Source: Candidatus Methanomethylicia archaeon
GTDB lineage: Archaea > Thermoproteota > Methanomethylicia > CALHIW01
Assembly: GCA_038845975.1 (NCBI GenBank)
Contig: JAWBQF010000013.1
Span: 1-64,000 of the forward strand
Length of the DNA stretch: 64,000 bases
Direction: 5' to 3'
This document shows positions 63,323 to 64,000 of this stretch, piece after piece. The position numbers and the translations under genes are program-made. The notes beneath the pieces are model-generated. The model did no database searches. It saw only the letters and a program-made list of their open reading frames with translations, and was not told the origin of the DNA. Positions within the stretch are counted from its first letter, which is position 1, and the number at the start of each line of letters is the position of its first letter.

Positions 63323-63790
63323 CTACCATAGTGAATGAATTTAGACCGTTTATGTAGCTTATAGGCTTCCTTGATGGTCTAATTGTTTTTTCTACCTTAT
63401 CGTACTTTTAAAGGGATACAGCTAGAGTATTAGGTAGGTATTTAGGTGTAAAATTATGATTTAGGCTTCCATCAACTTTACTCTATTGTTATGGAGATTA
63501 ATTATTTTAAGTTAGATGAAAGCTTGTAGAGCTAATGGAAGAATAGTACTCATAAATGAATCTGAAAAGTTTCAGGATAATATTGAGAAGAATAATAGCA
63601 TTAAAGAATATAAATGATTAAATGAATATAGATTCTATAGTTTAACGCTGAATTCAGATATACTAGATATTATTTAGAGTGTATAGTTTTAATTCTAGCT
63701 ATTAAATAGATAAAAGGATAAGTAGAGTTAAGGTTTACGAGGTAATTAATAGCTTAGGAAGCTTTATTAGATAGCAGTTATTGTGTACTT

Positions 63791-64000
63791 ATGGTTCTTG
63801 AAGTTACATGGTATGGTACTTCATGTTTTAAATTAAGGACAGATACTGGAATTGAAATATATATGGATCCCTATCTAGATAGTAGAAGAGGTTTTAATCC
63901 ACCACCAATACTTAGTAAGGATATTAAGAAAGCTGATTTACTGCTTGCTACACACGGTCATTTTGATCATTTCCAGGATGCCTTAACAATTCTAAAGGAG
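63791..64000 (+). CDS. Metallo-beta-lactamase-fold hydrolase (5' part, runs off the window)
   Basis: MVLEVTWYGTSCFKL...DPYL...THGHFDH; TATA at 63763. Confidence 0.85.
   Translation, partial: MVLEVTWYGTSCFKLRTDTGIEIYMDPYLDSRRGFNPPPILSKDIKKADLLLATHGHFDHFQDALTILKE

Noticed and set aside
63465-63744. Possible small IS6 relic between GCTTCCATCAACTTTA and AGGTTTACGAGG
   Set aside because: The ends are too divergent to call an element; only the right-hand motif is used in the spacing tally.
1-64000. CRISPR arrays, tRNA/rRNA genes, integrase or viral genes
   Set aside because: No regularly spaced repeats, GC-rich structured RNA tracts or viral hallmark proteins were seen.

Overview
AT-rich archaeal chromosome segment (Thermoproteota-like: BRE/TATA promoters, many leaderless genes, GGTGA ribosome-binding sites, CTP-dependent RibK, PaREP1). 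It is dominated by organic-acid and acyl-CoA catabolism: two Liv-type ABC importers, a TAXI-TRAP, two acyl-CoA dehydrogenases, a hydratase, a 3-hydroxyacyl-CoA dehydrogenase, two thiolases, a 4-hydroxybutyryl-CoA dehydratase, class I and class III CoA-transferases, MaoC, a canonical SucCD, and a second divergent ACL-like ligase/ferredoxin/CitE operon. It also has two wHTH + nucleotidyltransferase (AbiE-like) pairs, an orphan C5 methyltransferase and a MutS-like ATPase. Many intergenic regions hold decayed IS5, IS6 and IS1595-like elements. The strongest hidden signal, counted by hand, is that IS6-family terminal inverted repeats (outward-reading core AAGTTDAY) sit at a near-constant distance upstream of outward-facing TATA boxes at about 15 promoters. 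The core G lies 28-31 nt from the TATA box and the element end about 18-19 nt from it. This suggests promoter-targeted transposition and/or exapted IS ends. No tRNA, rRNA or CRISPR array was seen.
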